From contig NC_042999.1 in assembly GCF_006345805.1 (NCBI RefSeq), positions 44,268,001 through 44,332,000 of the forward strand: 64,000 nt of DNA, in the 5' to 3' direction. Origin of the DNA: Octopus sinensis. Taxonomy: Eukaryota. The position numbers were made by a program, and so were the translations under genes. This document shows, piece after piece, positions 52,001 through 64,000 of this stretch. Numbering within the stretch: the first letter of the stretch is position 1; each line of letters opens with the position of its first letter. The notes under the pieces are model-generated. The model was not told where the DNA came from. It worked only from the letters and a program-made list of their open reading frames with translations, and searched no databases.

Positions 52001-52663
52001 TAACTTGCTAAAAAATGGATGTTGAATAACTGAACAATTGGTCCTACTCAAATTGCCCGGTCCACTTTTCTTCCAATAGTGATTGTTTTTAACACAGCAC
52101 ATTCATACGTGTTATGAATACTACAGTAACTGGTCTATCAGCAGAGTTTGTGTGTGTGTGTGTGTGTATATATATGGTTTATAAGATTCTTTATGTGAAT
52201 TTCTATGTTGAAACAAATTTTTTTGTCTCTAAGGAGAATCATTACTCCAATATATTTAACACATGCACTGGTTCAATACCACTCCTTTATCAGTCAGATG
52301 GTTAAATATCCAACTAACTGTAATTTTTTTTTTCTTTGTGAAATCACTTGTTGCTACTGGCAACCATTTTAATACATACATGCATACATACACAAGCACG
52401 TGTGCACACTGGCACGTGCACACATGCATGCACACAAGATTTCAAATGGACAAACACGGCCTCTATAATGGACTAAATCAATAGTCATTGAAAAGGTTGC
52501 AAGAAGCAACGAAAGATCTTTTAACAAACAGGACATTAAACAGTCAGTTGGGTTTAATCATTTGACTAATAATAAAGGAATGGAACTGAACCAGTGCATG
52601 TGTTAATTATATTGGCATAGTGACTCTCCCTGGGCCCACCCAAATGTGTGTGTGTGTATATAC

Positions 52664-52700
<37 letters not shown>

Positions 52701-52759
52701 ATGTAAATAATATATATGCATATATACATACACATATGTACATATTTACATCTATACGT

Positions 52760-52809
<50 letters not shown>

Positions 52810-55800
52810 GCATATGTGGGCGCAGGACGTCATGAAATGTGTACAACAAAACAATACGAAGTACATGGAATATAAACTATTTTTTCGAACAACGTATGAC
52901 AAATGGAAAACAAGACAAACAACATAAAGAACAGCCCTTCATCAGTTGTTGGCTGTTTTTCTACTCTCGTATTTCGAGCATTTAACAACAATATATGCTT
53001 TCTATAAAACAGTTGCTCCTGCAAAGCAAATTAAATAAAATCTGGGATTTTGCAGAGGGTCAAAATTGGTAACACAAACAGGACAGTGAAAACAAACAGG
53101 AAGGGCTGCTAAGCCTAAACGAGATTGTGGTGGCAAACGTGTAAATTAAGCCTGGACAGGAGACGGACAAGAACACATCTTCCTTGTTTCAGCTACAAAG
53201 GAGAGAAAGAAAGAAACACAAGTTAGAAGAAAGATGCTCGATGGACATGTGGGAGGCAAGTAAGCAAGGGAGGAGGAGTCAGGGTGAGAGGGTAACAGAG
53301 TAATAGGATAGAATAATGGGAGAAGAGGGGGTAAAAGAATAAGAGGAAAATGAAAGAGTAAAAAGATATATATGTTATATGTGCTACATATTGCCCTCCA
53401 GATGCTCCAAATCATGTAGGCAAGTTTGAAGACTGCCTTACAAAAATAGAAGTTCTAGTCACATTAGAACAACACATAAGTGTACTTCTTATGGGAGACT
53501 TCAATCTGCCCAATGTCAGATGGCCTGAGGGGCTTTCTCTCCCAGGAATGACATGATGCGAACAAGGACAGGTGAAGTCCCACCTGAACCTCATCAACAC
53601 TTTGTATATGGAACAAATAGTACTCCAACCAACCAGGGCAGGTAACATACTGGATCTCTGCTTCACAAATAATATGGATCTCATCCATAATGTGAAAGTG
53701 ACACCAACGCTACTCTCGGATCACAACATGGTAGAGCTGATCATGTACGGGCCAAAGGAAAGCATGGACATGCAGCCTACAAGAAACTCTCAGAATCTTT
53801 CCAGCTTGAACTGGAAACAAATTGAGAAAGAGATCCTCAAACAAAACTGGCCCAAATGTCTCTCCTCACTGGACATAGACATGAAACTTCAACAATACAT
53901 GTCTGTAATGTAAGCCATACGCTACAAATGTGTCCTGGAGAGAAAGGCCACAGTACACAAGAACAAAATCCCCAGGGAGAGGAAAATTCTTATGAGACAG
54001 TGTACAAAAGTTTCAAATCTCCTAAACAAACAAATTGAAAGCAGTGAAAAGTCGTGCTTGAAAATACAACTGCTGGAGATTGAAAAAAATCTGCAACTCT
54101 CCCATGAAAAGTTAAGAGCAGACAAAGAAGCCTGGGCGATAGACAATATAAAATCTAACCCCAGAGCTTTCTACAAGTTTGCCAAAGAAACAGCTTCGGT
54201 GCACTGCAGAATAGGGCCACTCCTTGAAAAAGATGGTATACTCACAGGAAATCCAATGAGCAATTCAAAAGTATTTTCACTCCACCCCTAGGGCACTTTC
54301 AAGTCAGCAATCCAACTGACTTCTTTACCGCTGCAGATATAAAAACAGAAGCAACGATGATCGATTACATCAATATAAAGGAAGACGATGTAATAAGGGC
54401 TATAGATGAAATGAACCCAAATTCAGCTACTGGCCCTGATGGATTCCCAGCAATCCTTCTAAAAGTATGTAAGCGAGTACTAGCAAGACCACTGTAGTCC
54501 CTCTTTCAGAGCTTCCTTGCAACTGTCAAACTTCCAAGAAAACTGAAGGAGGATAAAAATATGCCCTATTCGTAAAGGAGGTAGCTGAGCGGAGGCCAAG
54601 AACTGCAGACCTATCAGAAGAAAACTAATCGCCTTCCTTGAAGAAAATGACTTGCTGCCTGATACCCCAACATGGTTTCCAACCAGGAAGAAGCTGCCTG
54701 ACTCAGCTCTTACAACACTATGACTGGGTGCTGAAACAGTTGCTCAACCACTCAAATGTGGAAGTGATATATCTCGACTTTGTAAAGGCTTTTGATAAAG
54801 TCGATCATGGAATGATGTGTCACAAATTGTGTGATCTTGGCATAGTTGGAAAATTGGGAGAATAGCTTCATGACTTTCTGAAGGATAAAAGTCAGGTAGT
54901 AGTAGCCAATGGGGCCACCTCCTATGACACGCAAATAGTGAGCGGTGTTCTGCTTGGACAACTATTTTGTCTCTTGGTGTTTTTTTTTTCTTCTCACTAT
55001 TATGAAATTGTTTTTTGAGTTATTTGTATTGATTGGGAGTTAGTAAATTGTTTACAAGTGAAATTTTTAAGTGTGTGAAAAAAATAATTTAGTTGTATTT
55101 TTGTATTATATAATGTAAGAAATGGTCAGTGCAAGTTAGTGTAGCATTTATTATTATCAGATATTTTTGCTAAATTTTGTTAACCTAATTGTTCTCTTAA
55201 CTTGATTTTCTCCTTTTTTAAAGAGTATTCCAGGAGGTTTTAATGCTCTGCAGCGAATGTACCGTGATATCCAAGAGCCTATGATGAATGCTGCACAGGA
55301 GGGGTTTGGCTCTAACCCATTTGTCTCTTTGGTATCTAACTCTGGTGGTAAGTTAATATCAAAAAAAAAAAATTGTTTTTTTTTTTCACTTTATCATGTG
55401 CTACTAATATTTGTATGATATAAGGCAGCGAGCTGGCAGAATCATAAGCACACCAGGTAAAATGCTTAGTGGCATTTCATCCGTCTGTACATTCTGAGTT
55501 CAATTTCCACTGAAGTTGACTTCACCATTCAGTCTCTCTGGGGTCGGTAAAATAAGTACCACTCGAGCATGAGTCAATGTAATCAACTTGCCTTCCCCCA
55601 GAATTGCTGGCCTACTGCCAAAATTTGAAACCAAAATTAGTCTGTGGTTTCCCTTTTCCCTCGCATCCCCCTATCCTGGCCAAAAGGCAAAAAGCATCAT
55701 AACGCTAAGAAATTCTTATGTGGAAACTGATAAATGAACAAAAATAAAATATGAAATGATCTTTATATGCTCAGGGTTTTAAGTATTATGGAATATTGGA

Positions 55801-58800
55801 GATCTTGTGTGACAGGCAAGATAAATATAACAATGTAACTGGCATACTGACACTTTATGCCAACCTTTTTTTGAGAGATTAGATCAGTGGTTCTCAACCG
55901 GGTTCATATGACCCCTGGAGATCTGTATAAAAGTTTTTGGGGTTCATACAAGCAAAGTACTAAATTGGGGATGCACAGTATATTAGGGGTCCATTAAAAA
56001 ATTTTGCTTTAGATGTATTTATTGCAAGAAACAGCCAGGTTTCCTTCTCTAATGTTTTACACATAGTTCAACTTAATACAAGTGAATGTGTGAAAAACAA
56101 TAAGAATTTTGAATGAAGCATCTATAAAACTAATTTTTCAACATCAAATGGCTATGGGGGTCCACTAGAACAAAATAGTAATCAAAGGGGACCATAGGTA
56201 AAAAAAATGGTTGAGTACCACTGGGTTAGAAGGTGCCTGATTGCTTTGTTGCAAAAGCTAACATGGTTGTTTGACTTATGATGAATGTTTTGTTGTTCTT
56301 GGAAAATCTGTTGCAACTCAAATGCATAAGCTTACAGCACTTAAATGGCTAACTGATTCTTTGATTATTGCCACCCACAAATACAATGTAGTAAATCTCA
56401 TTATGATCATTTTCAGAATAGTTTTCCCTCTCACAAATGCAGTTCTATCTTTTATTCCAATTGGCAAATTGGGGTAGTTGTTAGAGCATGGGACAAAAAT
56501 CCCTTGAGGTATTTATTCAGCTCTCTGCTAAGATCAGTTTTGACTTTAATCCTCTCTGGATTGATAAAATAAAGATATCAGTTCAGGATGGTGAATTGGG
56601 TGTCTTTAGAATATTTTGCTCTGTTGAAAATATTCAGACTGGGTTCTAAAATTTGAGAACATACTCTTTTCTTATTTTCAGAAACTCTAAAAAAATGTTA
56701 ATGGTCATGAGCACTACCCATCGCTCCTTGACTAAGCAGTAAAAAGAAAAAGGGCAAAGAAAAAAAGTCATCTTTCTTTTTAAATGCAAGCATTATTACT
56801 TCTGACATAAAGAATGCACATAACAATTTTCTGCTCCTACTTTACTACTCATTAATCTAAACAAGTGAAATTTCATATAACTGTTTCCTCTAAACTTAGC
56901 AATTAAAACATGTGATCCTATTCTGAACACTTCCTTATGATAGAGCATTTTTTACACCACATAAAAAGACTGATTCTTCATTTGACCCCAATTTATAAAT
57001 ATGGGCTAAACTTGCTTACTGCTCTTAATATATACTGGAAATTAACAATTAAAATAAACTATAATATTTCATTAACTTTTATGGTGTGTGTGTAACTGAA
57101 AATTAATTAGCTGACGGAATTTTTGTATTTGTGGAATTTAAGATAGCCAGTATTTTATCATTGTACTCAGTGTTACTATGTCACTAAGGAAAATGTTCTA
57201 GTTTTGACAGAGAGTAGAAGCATGAAACTCTTTGTGTTGATTTTGCTTCATTAAAAATACAATGATTTAACTTTATACTTACTAATTACAATGCTTTGTG
57301 TTTCTGTATATTCAGGAGGGAGCAACCAAAACAACGAGCAGGTTGGGAGGGAAAATAACGACCCCTTGCCAAATCCTTGGACCCCTAAACCAGCAGGTGG
57401 TAGTGGGTCTACTACTGGAGGAGGGAGTGGTCCTACTCAAACTGACAGCACTAGTGGGGACTCATCAACACCCTTGGCTGGTGGACCTTTTGGTAAGCAT
57501 TCATTGACGGTTATTAGTTAAAAAGCAATGGAATCTTTCAGTTTATGGTTGTCTTTATCCTATGTTATTTTTCTGGTAATAATTATGTTCATTTGTTTTG
57601 CATCCATTTCTCCTGAATTAGCATTAGTTAGATCAGGACTTATTTGAGACTGCTAGTCTCCAACCCTTATGCTTCAAGTAAGATTTTTTTGGTCATCTAA
57701 AGTGCAGAACAGCTGGTTGTAATGTCAACAAGAATTGGAAGCCCCTTATCACCATTTCACTTAGGTAGTGATAAGCATGCACATATGGGTTTCCATATGG
57801 CTTGTGTCTGCCAGTTCCACTCACAAGGCGTTGGTCAACCAGGGACTATAGTAAACACTTAACCAGGGTGCCATGTAATTTGACTGAATCCATAGTGATG
57901 TGGTTGTAAAGTGAACTTCTGAACTCCATTGCCATGACTGTCTTTGGGTAAGAAGATCTTGTTTTTGAGCAAAATAATCTAATATGAACAAAGTATTTAT
58001 CAGCACAAATAGGTTTTTATGATTTGCGCTGTCTTTGGTTTCGTGCTAAACAAATGAAATGACGAGGTCAGCTTTTCTGAAAATATATATCCCATTTTTT
58101 ATTGGACATTTTAAAACTCTTGGGGGAATTTAAATTAACGAAAAATTAAGAATGCCACTGAAATAGTCATGTGGTTTTAGGAATAATGAATTTTTTCTTT
58201 AAAGATAATAAAGCGTAGATTTTCGTCTTTTTTAATAATCTGGCTTTGTATTGTTTATGTCTGTTTAAATGTTTTGAAATATATAAAGATATTTAATGAC
58301 AAATGTATCAGGTACAGGCTTGCCTGTATGGTTATGGAGTTTGCTTTGTTACCATGTGGTTTTGAGTGCCATCTCACTGTGAGGTACTTTGGTCAAATGT
58401 CTTCTGTCCTCTCGGGCCAACCAATGCCTTGTTAGTAAAATTGAAAGACAGAAAATGTACAGATGATTAACATGTGTGCACATGTCTGTATTTGCATGCT
58501 TATGTGTGTGTATCAGTGTGAATGCACATATTCTACAGCTACATTAAGAAAACAACATTCTCCATCAACAAATCAATCCACTGATTCTGCACTTATCAAG
58601 ACAAGGGGAATAATAATAAATCCCTTTCTTGAAAAATAGCTAAGAGTTAGCAACTGATCCAATTCATGCTAGGATGGAAAAAAATACCCAAAATAAGTGA
58701 ATGAGTAGATTCATAAACAGTGAAATACAGCAAATATAAATAAAAATGAATTTATTTTGTAACTACTAATTGTAGCAAAAACTACAATTTTACCCTTTAC

Positions 58801-61800
58801 AAGTAAGTGTGTTTCTAGTATTCTTCTAATTATTGAGAATTTTACTGTAAATTTGTTTTCTTAATTTCCCTTTGGGTTTAAAAATCCAGTCAGTTATGAG
58901 TGCTGGGAAATGATTAAGGCTGCATTACATTTCTGATAGCAACTGTCTCTACATTGAGTGAACTTAGTTTCACTGAGTGTTTCAATAGTAAAGAAGGAAA
59001 GGAGTTTTTTTATCACAAAATAATTTGAAGACTTTGTTAACAGTAATGCACACAAACTATTTGTGGAACTTTTGTGTTCCAATTGGCATTAATTTAATTT
59101 AATGTGTCTGTTGTACACTTCTAACCAGTTATAAATAACTTGATATGAGTTTTACTTGCATTTTATACTTATGATGTTTGTTAACACTTTTCTAATTACA
59201 AATTCTTGTCTTTCCCCATACACTGTCACTCACTTTCATGCACACAATCTTACACTTGCTTGTTCCCATGTGTGCCTACCCACCTGTACAACCACCCATT
59301 CTCTCAATCACTCCTCTTTTATGCGCACACAAGCAGCTTTCTCTTAAAAGATTACGTGATTTGCTATTGTGTGTATGTGTGTATTATATCATCATCATTT
59401 AACGTCCATTTTCCATGATGGCATGGGTTGGACATTTATACATATATATCCACACACACATTTGTAGGATTGAACTCATTTGAAGTAAATTTATTTCTAG
59501 TTTGAATGTCTTAATTTCAATACAGGTATGTTTAATACGCCTGGTATGCAGAGTTTGCTAACACAAATGACACAGAATCCACAACTGATCCAGAATATGT
59601 TGCAAGCTCCATACATTCAAACTATGATGCAAACCATGTCCAGTAATCCTGATATGGCTCAGCAGGTATTTACTGATTTTTTTTTTTTTTCTATATATCA
59701 TTCATGCTTAAAATAATTCTGCTGTCATGAATTTCATATTTATTTCATCATCTGTTAATTTTATATAAAAATTGTCTCCTTCAACTTGTTGAAAGTTTTC
59801 AAAAGTTTTTCAGTATTGATGGCTCATTTCATGTTTCAGAAAATACCATAATGACAAACAGTTCTTTGCTGTAAGTAGCAAGAGAACTAAGTGATGTATG
59901 CTATGTTTGTTACATGCTATGCTCATTATCCTCTCATATATACCATTTGATATTACTAACAGCATTTTAGGCTAGCATTATAATCCTATCCTCCATCTCA
60001 TTGAATTGAATCTGATTACCTAGTTTCCATACTGGATTCTGTTCATTTCTTTTTAATTTCATGAATAATAATTCAGAGATTTGCTTGAATGTCATATCTC
60101 CTATTCCCATCTTTTCAGTTTATCATTTTAATAATCTACACTCAAAACTGTTTGCTAAGAGTTTTGAAAATAAGTATTTATGGTTTAGTAAGTGTCTTGT
60201 TAAATTCTTCAGGCATATTTAAGAAATTAATATTACTGTTTTTGGTAGGAAAAAAAAAACAGTGTGATAGTTTTGTAATTAAAAACGTTTTACTTTGTAT
60301 TTTTATGTAAAGTAGTTCTAAGTACCAAGTCCCTCTCAATTTTAAACAGTACAGACAGTGCTTGTGAATTCTGAGAACTAGTGAGGCAAAGAAGGGTAAT
60401 GAACCTGTTTTCACTAATTGAGTTACTTTTATATATTTCTCAAGAGTGTAATGCCCATAGAATTCTTTTTACATATTTCAGTGTATCTCATTACATGAAC
60501 TACAATGGTTTTAAGGTCTTTGACATGCTTACTATATTCCTTGATCAATAATAATTTGACATATTTTAGCTGTAAAGTCTTTTCTTACTATATCAGGTAG
60601 TCATTAAGTCTACAGTTAGTATCACTATAGTAACTCTTAAGAATTATAGTTATTGTAGCAAGTCAGAAATGCAATAGTAAATTTTTGAGTCTAGTTCTTT
60701 ATTTTAAGATTTTTTTTTATTTAGCTAGATTTAGAATAGATTGGAAAAAGTTTAGGGAACTGTTATCTCTGTTGGTAACAAAGGATTTTGCTTAACAATG
60801 ATGATAGCTCTGTAGAGTTTCAGGAATGGGAGCAATACCATTTCTTCTTCTTCCCCCATTCCATCCCCTTTACACTTGATCTCTTTCTGAGTTAGAAATC
60901 CCTATTTTGAGTTAGATGAATTTGACCAAGTTATATGTTTACTTTTTAATCTAGTTCAGAATTTGAGAGTCCTGGTATCAAATACTGCCATTGTTAATTT
61001 TGTTTTACATCAGTTTGCATTGTTGAAATGATTTCTCTTCTTCTCACTATAAACTGACAATACTGAATATGAAAAGATATGAATAAGGAGTATGTCACCT
61101 ATGTCTTCTTAATTCAGTGCATGAGAATTTTTATAAACTGATGACAGTAATCAATGATGATTATATTATTATTATTATGATAATAATAATTACTGTTATT
61201 TCAGATTTTAGGTAATAATCCATTATTTGCTGCCAACCCCCAATTTCAAGATATATTTAACCAGTATCTTCCTACCATGATGAATCAGGTATATATCTTG
61301 TCTTTTCCCCAAATCTTCTGTAAATAAATATTGAATATTTATTTATATTTATTAATTTTTGCTTAGATTTTTTAAAAAATGTACATTAGTATATCTACAA
61401 AAAACCAGCTTTTCATTAAGCTGTTGAAGTCGCTACAAGTATTTGTGCATCTCGTTAATGACTGCCTAAATGTGTAAATAGCTTTTTTTTTCTCTCTTGT
61501 TGATTTTTAGTAAATGTAGAGCAGAAATTTGTTGCAAACAGGGCCATGTAGATTACCCAGTTTTGAAACTTGGTTGTAGATGTTTACTTTGTCTCAATAA
61601 TGCTTTTTAAGGCACAGACATCCTAATATTTCATCATTTGAAAATCTTCCTAGTGTATAATCATTTTAAGTCCTTTTAGGAAATATATATGTTTTTATAT
61701 GTATCTAATTTTATTGGTTTCAGTAGGGTACAAGAAACCAACTATAAGACTAGTCAGTGATTTGTTTCCTGTCTTTGAATACTGTTGTTTCTCTGGCCAA

Positions 61801-63893
61801 ATCACTTAACTTTGATATTGTCAAGTCCACTTGACTGTAAATAACTACTACGGGGTAAAATCAATTCACTACTGAAAGGTATGACAGAAATGAAGATTGA
61901 GTAGAGTCTAAAAGCACCACTTTCTGGTAGCTGTCATCACAAAGTATGGTGTGCTAACCCAGAAATGTTAAATTATTGTTGGATGTCACCTCTCTTCTGA
62001 ATAGGATGTTTATCATAGGTTTTGCTTTTGTTGGGGGGAGAAGATTTAAGGCTATATAACCCCTCCCCAGGTACCACCACGATATCTGCTTACAGTTTGG
62101 TGGACATGTCTTTAATAGTTTTTTACTTTATAAAGAAATCAAACTATTCTCTATCAACCCTTAAAATGCTGCACCACAAATAGCCATCAGTGTCATGGGG
62201 AACTGAACTGTATTCAGAAAGTGTTGTTTTGCACTGAAAAATGAGAACTAAGCACTTTTTCTGCAAGAAACAAAGTTTAGACTCTTTTAGAAAGTATTTT
62301 CTGATAAAAAGACTTTCTGTTTGTATTTGTGTTTATTCAGTGAATTTCTTTAAGGATTTTTTTCTTTTTTCATTATTCTCTTCTTCGATTTTTTTTTTAA
62401 CATCATGGTTGGTAGAAATAATATATTTCTAAATCTCTGAGAGAGATTTATGCAATAGCAGCATGATAAAGCGATAGTATGTTGTCAACTTAATGTGACA
62501 GTCCAATGAAAGGGAAGAATACTGTGAGATTTAGAAATATATTGTTTCTATTTTCAAAAATCAGTGAATGTATTTCACTTGAAATATGTTTTCAAAGGCA
62601 GATGGGCATTGAGAGCTAGCAAGCCATGCTACTCCAGAGTGATGATGAGCAATGGCTCTGAAACTAGTCTCTGGCTTTGCTGGGTGGAGGTGCTTATCTC
62701 TACTTTGAAACATAAGGACACAGGAAATGTATCAAGTCCAACAAGAAACTGTGTTTCGTAGGGCTAAATAACAGTAGCATTCTTCCCTTTTATGGGACTG
62801 TCGCATTAAGTTGACAACATGTAGATGACTTTAATCATGGTTGGTATATTCCAAGTTGCAAATTAGAATTTAGTGTTATTATCTATTAACTCTTGATACC
62901 AACTTCCTGTTTTAAACCAATCTAAATTAACAGCTTGTCTCAAAATGTTATGCTAATTTGTTCTTGATCACCAAAATAATTAGTTATTTTCAAAATTAAT
63001 TGAAACAAAGGCAGTGTATTTCAGCAGAAAGATAACAAAAGAGTTAATGATTTTAATGATTTATTTATTTATTTGTTAATTAATGATTTGATTAAAGAGA
63101 GTTTAAACTTAGAGAAAATAATAGAGATTTCATTGTCATTGTGATATTGGGATTTATTGATTATGAACAGAAGTGGAGGAGTGATTGTATCGATGCTTTC
63201 CATAGCAATATGGGTCCTACAAAATCCTTGAACTTTGAAGCAAAGCATTTTGAGTTGTTTCTTCAACTTCTTCCTGAAAGATTTTTTGTCAGGATTGAGA
63301 GCACAGGATATACACATCAACTAAGCAACATCACTTTCATTACATCAATGGGGGAGATTAAGTTATATCTCGGAATGCTTTTGCTAATAGTTGTGCAACT
63401 TCCAGATTAAAGATTACTAGAGCACAAATTCAGCTCTTGAGACAGGAATTGATATCATGTAGATATGTGAAAATATATACCTGTAAGCAAATTACATATA
63501 TTCAACTTACCTGGGCAGGTAACAACAGCATCACAACTGGTAAAACTCGATGACAGATAAAATAACATTTCACATCATACACCAACAATCATTACATGTT
63601 ATCACCAAGTTTCATTGAAATTCATAGAAAAGTTATATTTTTATGATTTTTATTCTGGAATAACTGCATGTTTCTGAAAATATCTAGTTTATGACAAGAT
63701 TGGGAGATTTACCGAGAAAAAGCAGTACAATAATTAAAAAGTTGAAATAAAATTTATTTTATTAATTTCTTTTACAGTTGCAGAACCCACAGATGCAAAC
63801 CCTCATAAGTAACCCACGGGCTTTAGAAGCTATAATGCAGATCCAGCAGTCCTTGCAACAGTTACAGAATGAAGCTCCTGGACTTTTTCCAGG
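22003..63893 (+). CDS. UBQLN1: Ubiquilin (UBQLN1/Dsk2-like), 5' 11 coding exons; gene continues beyond window
   Basis: join(22003-22107,38098-38250,43767-43985,45275-45400,48630-48680,50735-50812,55224-55347,57316-57492,59526-59665,61205-61288,63778-63893). All introns are GT-AG with consistent phases, 1373 nt with no stop. Encodes a UBL domain ([15 protein letters not shown]...[30 protein letters not shown]), [17 protein letters not shown]1-like NPEM/NPEL repeats, [11 protein letters not shown] and [13 protein letters not shown], all ubiquilin hallmarks. The symbol indicates family, not proven orthology. Confidence 0.97.
24770..25250. repeat. Pyrimidine-rich low-complexity tract
   Basis: About 480 bp of C/T-dominated sequence that produces spurious Leu/Ser/Phe/Pro ORFs. 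Confidence 0.8.
27167..28052 (-). mobile_element. Internally deleted mariner element
   Basis: Degraded TIRs (AGG..GTATCAAAA.GTT..C...CTAG at both ends). Transposase fragments [48 protein letters not shown] and [18 protein letters not shown]. The central region is missing. Confidence 0.8.
28758..28991 (+). mobile_element. RTE-tail repeat (family C) ending in (GAT)n
   Basis: About 90% similar by eye to the reverse complement of 44388-44636 and related to the 3' end of the RTE at 45452-47455. Other copies near 12203, 12465, 13795, 14160, 17063, 34060, 38985, 59390. Confidence 0.85.
31936..32249 (-). mobile_element. hAT-type MITE, decayed copy in reverse orientation
   Basis: Aligns by eye to the reverse complement of 55885-56223; right end TTGAGAACCATTG; left TIR mostly lost. 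Confidence 0.65.
35689..35923 (-). mobile_element. Young full-length SINE family B
   Basis: Head GGCGGCGAGCTAGCAGAATCGTTAGCACG with GAGTTCAAATTCC B-box-like motif; CpGs retained; 14-bp TSD TTCAAAGAAATACC at 35675-35688 and 35924-35937. Confidence 0.9.
38098..38250 (+). CDS. UBQLN1: Ubiquilin exon 2 (UBL core, FKELVSKK...VIKSANR)
   Basis: Polypyrimidine tract + tttag acceptor; gtaagt donor; 153 nt; phase 0/0. Confidence 0.97.
41150..42338 (-). mobile_element. Tigger/pogo (jerky/CENP-B-like) transposon remnant
   Basis: TIR-like end TA|CAGTCAGCTCTCACTAATCC at 42338. Fragments [14 protein letters not shown] (psq-type HTH), [11 protein letters not shown] (Tc5-type HTH) and [28 protein letters not shown] (start of DDE_1). 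The second TIR was not found; left boundary approximate. Confidence 0.75.
43767..43985 (+). CDS. UBQLN1: Ubiquilin exon 3 (AAAGNTGG...MQQRMQRE)
   Basis: ttttag acceptor; GAG|gtgtgt donor; 219 nt; phase 0/0; contains [14 protein letters not shown]. Confidence 0.95.
44388..44636 (-). mobile_element. RTE-tail repeat (family C), antisense, in ubiquilin intron 3
   Basis: (CAT)n followed by GTCCGCTTTCCATGCTAGCATGGGTTGGACGG...GGATGCCCTTCCTAACGCCAACC. Confidence 0.85.
45275..45400 (+). CDS. UBQLN1: Ubiquilin exon 4 (LMQNPEMF...MRELME)
   Basis: tttacag acceptor; gtaagt donor; 126 nt; STI1-like. Confidence 0.96.
45452..47532 (-). mobile_element. 5'-truncated RTE-clade LINE (reverse transcriptase and C-terminus), degenerate
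   Basis: [93 protein letters not shown] and [21 protein letters not shown]; 3' UTR with GGTGCTTTTTACGTGCCACC repeats. Confidence 0.92.
48630..48680 (+). CDS. UBQLN1: Ubiquilin exon 5 ([17 protein letters not shown])
   Basis: ttttccag acceptor; CAG|gtatgt donor; 51 nt. Confidence 0.95.
48830..50030 (-). mobile_element. Older, heavily decayed RTE LINE fragment
   Basis: Fragments [36 protein letters not shown] and [11 protein letters not shown]; boundaries approximate. Confidence 0.65.
50735..50812 (+). CDS. UBQLN1: Ubiquilin exon 6 ([26 protein letters not shown])
   Basis: cttcag acceptor; gtaagt donor; 78 nt. Confidence 0.96.
52640..52810. repeat. Compound (TG)n/(TA)n microsatellite
   Basis: Direct reading. 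Other long (TA)n tracts at about 9447-9500, 32423-32451 and 33490-33545. Confidence 0.95.
53395..54950 (+). mobile_element. CR1/L2-group LINE fragment (APE endonuclease + RT), degenerate, 3'-truncated
   Basis: [55 protein letters not shown] and [31 protein letters not shown]; breaks off at VSGV. Confidence 0.9.
55224..55347 (+). CDS. UBQLN1: Ubiquilin exon 7 ([20 protein letters not shown]...SNSG)
   Basis: ttttaaag acceptor; G|gtaagt donor; 124 nt; phase 0/1. Confidence 0.96.
55885..56223 (+). mobile_element. 339-bp hAT (Charlie-like) MITE
   Basis: TIRs CAGTGGTTCTCAACC / GGTTGAGTACCACTG (14/15); 8-bp TSD GATTAGAT / GGTTAGAA (6/8). Confidence 0.85.
57316..57492 (+). CDS. UBQLN1: Ubiquilin exon 8 ([22 protein letters not shown]...GGPF)
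   Basis: ttcag acceptor; G|gtaagc donor; 177 nt; phase 1/1. Confidence 0.95.
59526..59665 (+). CDS. UBQLN1: Ubiquilin exon 9 ([12 protein letters not shown]...NPDMAQQ)
   Basis: tacag acceptor; CAG|gtattt donor; 140 nt; phase 1/0. Confidence 0.95.
61205..61288 (+). CDS. UBQLN1: Ubiquilin exon 10 ([28 protein letters not shown])
   Basis: tttcag acceptor; CAG|gtatat donor; 84 nt. Confidence 0.94.
62478..62821. mobile_element. About 340-bp element with about 47-bp terminal inverted repeats and an internal hammerhead motif
   Basis: ATGTTGTCAACTTAATG[T/C]GACAGTCC..AAAGGGAAGAAT..ACTGT at 62479-62525 and inverted at 62771-62820. Confidence 0.7.
62634..62674 (+). ncRNA. Minimal hammerhead motif with C3G core substitution, sense to ubiquilin intron 10
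   Basis: Stem I CCAGA/TCTGG (5 bp), core GTGATGA, stem II GAGC/GCTC with AATG loop, GAAA, palindrome ACTAGT, GUC triplet ending at 62669. Confidence 0.5.
63141..63440 (+). pseudogene. piggyBac-type transposase remnant (PGBD4/DDE_Tnp_1_7-like N-terminus)
   Basis: [25 protein letters not shown]...[22 protein letters not shown] resembles the piggyBac pattern GP......P.D.F.L.F...TT..EIK.FLG..I.MG...LP. Confidence 0.55.
63778..63893 (+). CDS. UBQLN1: Ubiquilin exon 11 ([38 protein letters not shown])
   Basis: tttacag acceptor; GG|gtatgc donor; 116 nt; phase 0/2. Confidence 0.95.
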
Positions 63894-64000
63894 GTATGCA
63901 TTTGCTTTCTTAACTAAAGCAAACTATTTAAACATGACTGTCTTCTTTATTTTGTTCTATTTTTAATCTCATTTTCTATTTGTTGGAGATAAACGAAATA

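Noticed and set aside
52930-52985. Minus-strand CTGATGAAGGG with an upstream GAAA as a permuted hammerhead
   Set aside because: No A15.1-U16.1 pair or valid stems I and III could be built

Overview
AT-rich eukaryotic genomic DNA dense in repeats and microsatellites. The repeat content suggests a coleoid cephalopod such as Octopus (inference, not verified). The one confidently identified host gene is a + strand ubiquilin (UBQLN/Dsk2 family). Eleven coding exons run from ATG 22003 to 63893, encoding the UBL domain and the STI1-like Met/Asn-Pro-rich region (457 codons); the UBA end lies beyond the window. The rest is mostly transposon relics: two mariners, a Tigger/pogo, a piggyBac fragment, MITEs (hAT-, Kolobok- and pogo-like), RTE, CR1-type and RLE-type LINE fragments, a Penelope GIY-YIG fragment and abundant SINEs. 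Main leads: (1) several Penelope-type minimal hammerhead ribozyme motifs, one with an intact core at 3031-3070 and one inside ubiquilin intron 10; (2) a possible unannotated minus-strand gene for a small secreted Cys-rich peptide, head-to-head with ubiquilin; (3) a near-perfect 1.46-kb tandem duplication whose crossover maps to 20 bp inside a SINE; (4) a cluster of foldback elements at 1.8-5.2 kb; (5) inverted intronic repeats around frame-symmetric ubiquilin exons. No prokaryotic features, CRISPR arrays, rRNA or true tRNA genes were found. All alignments were done by eye; no database searches were run.
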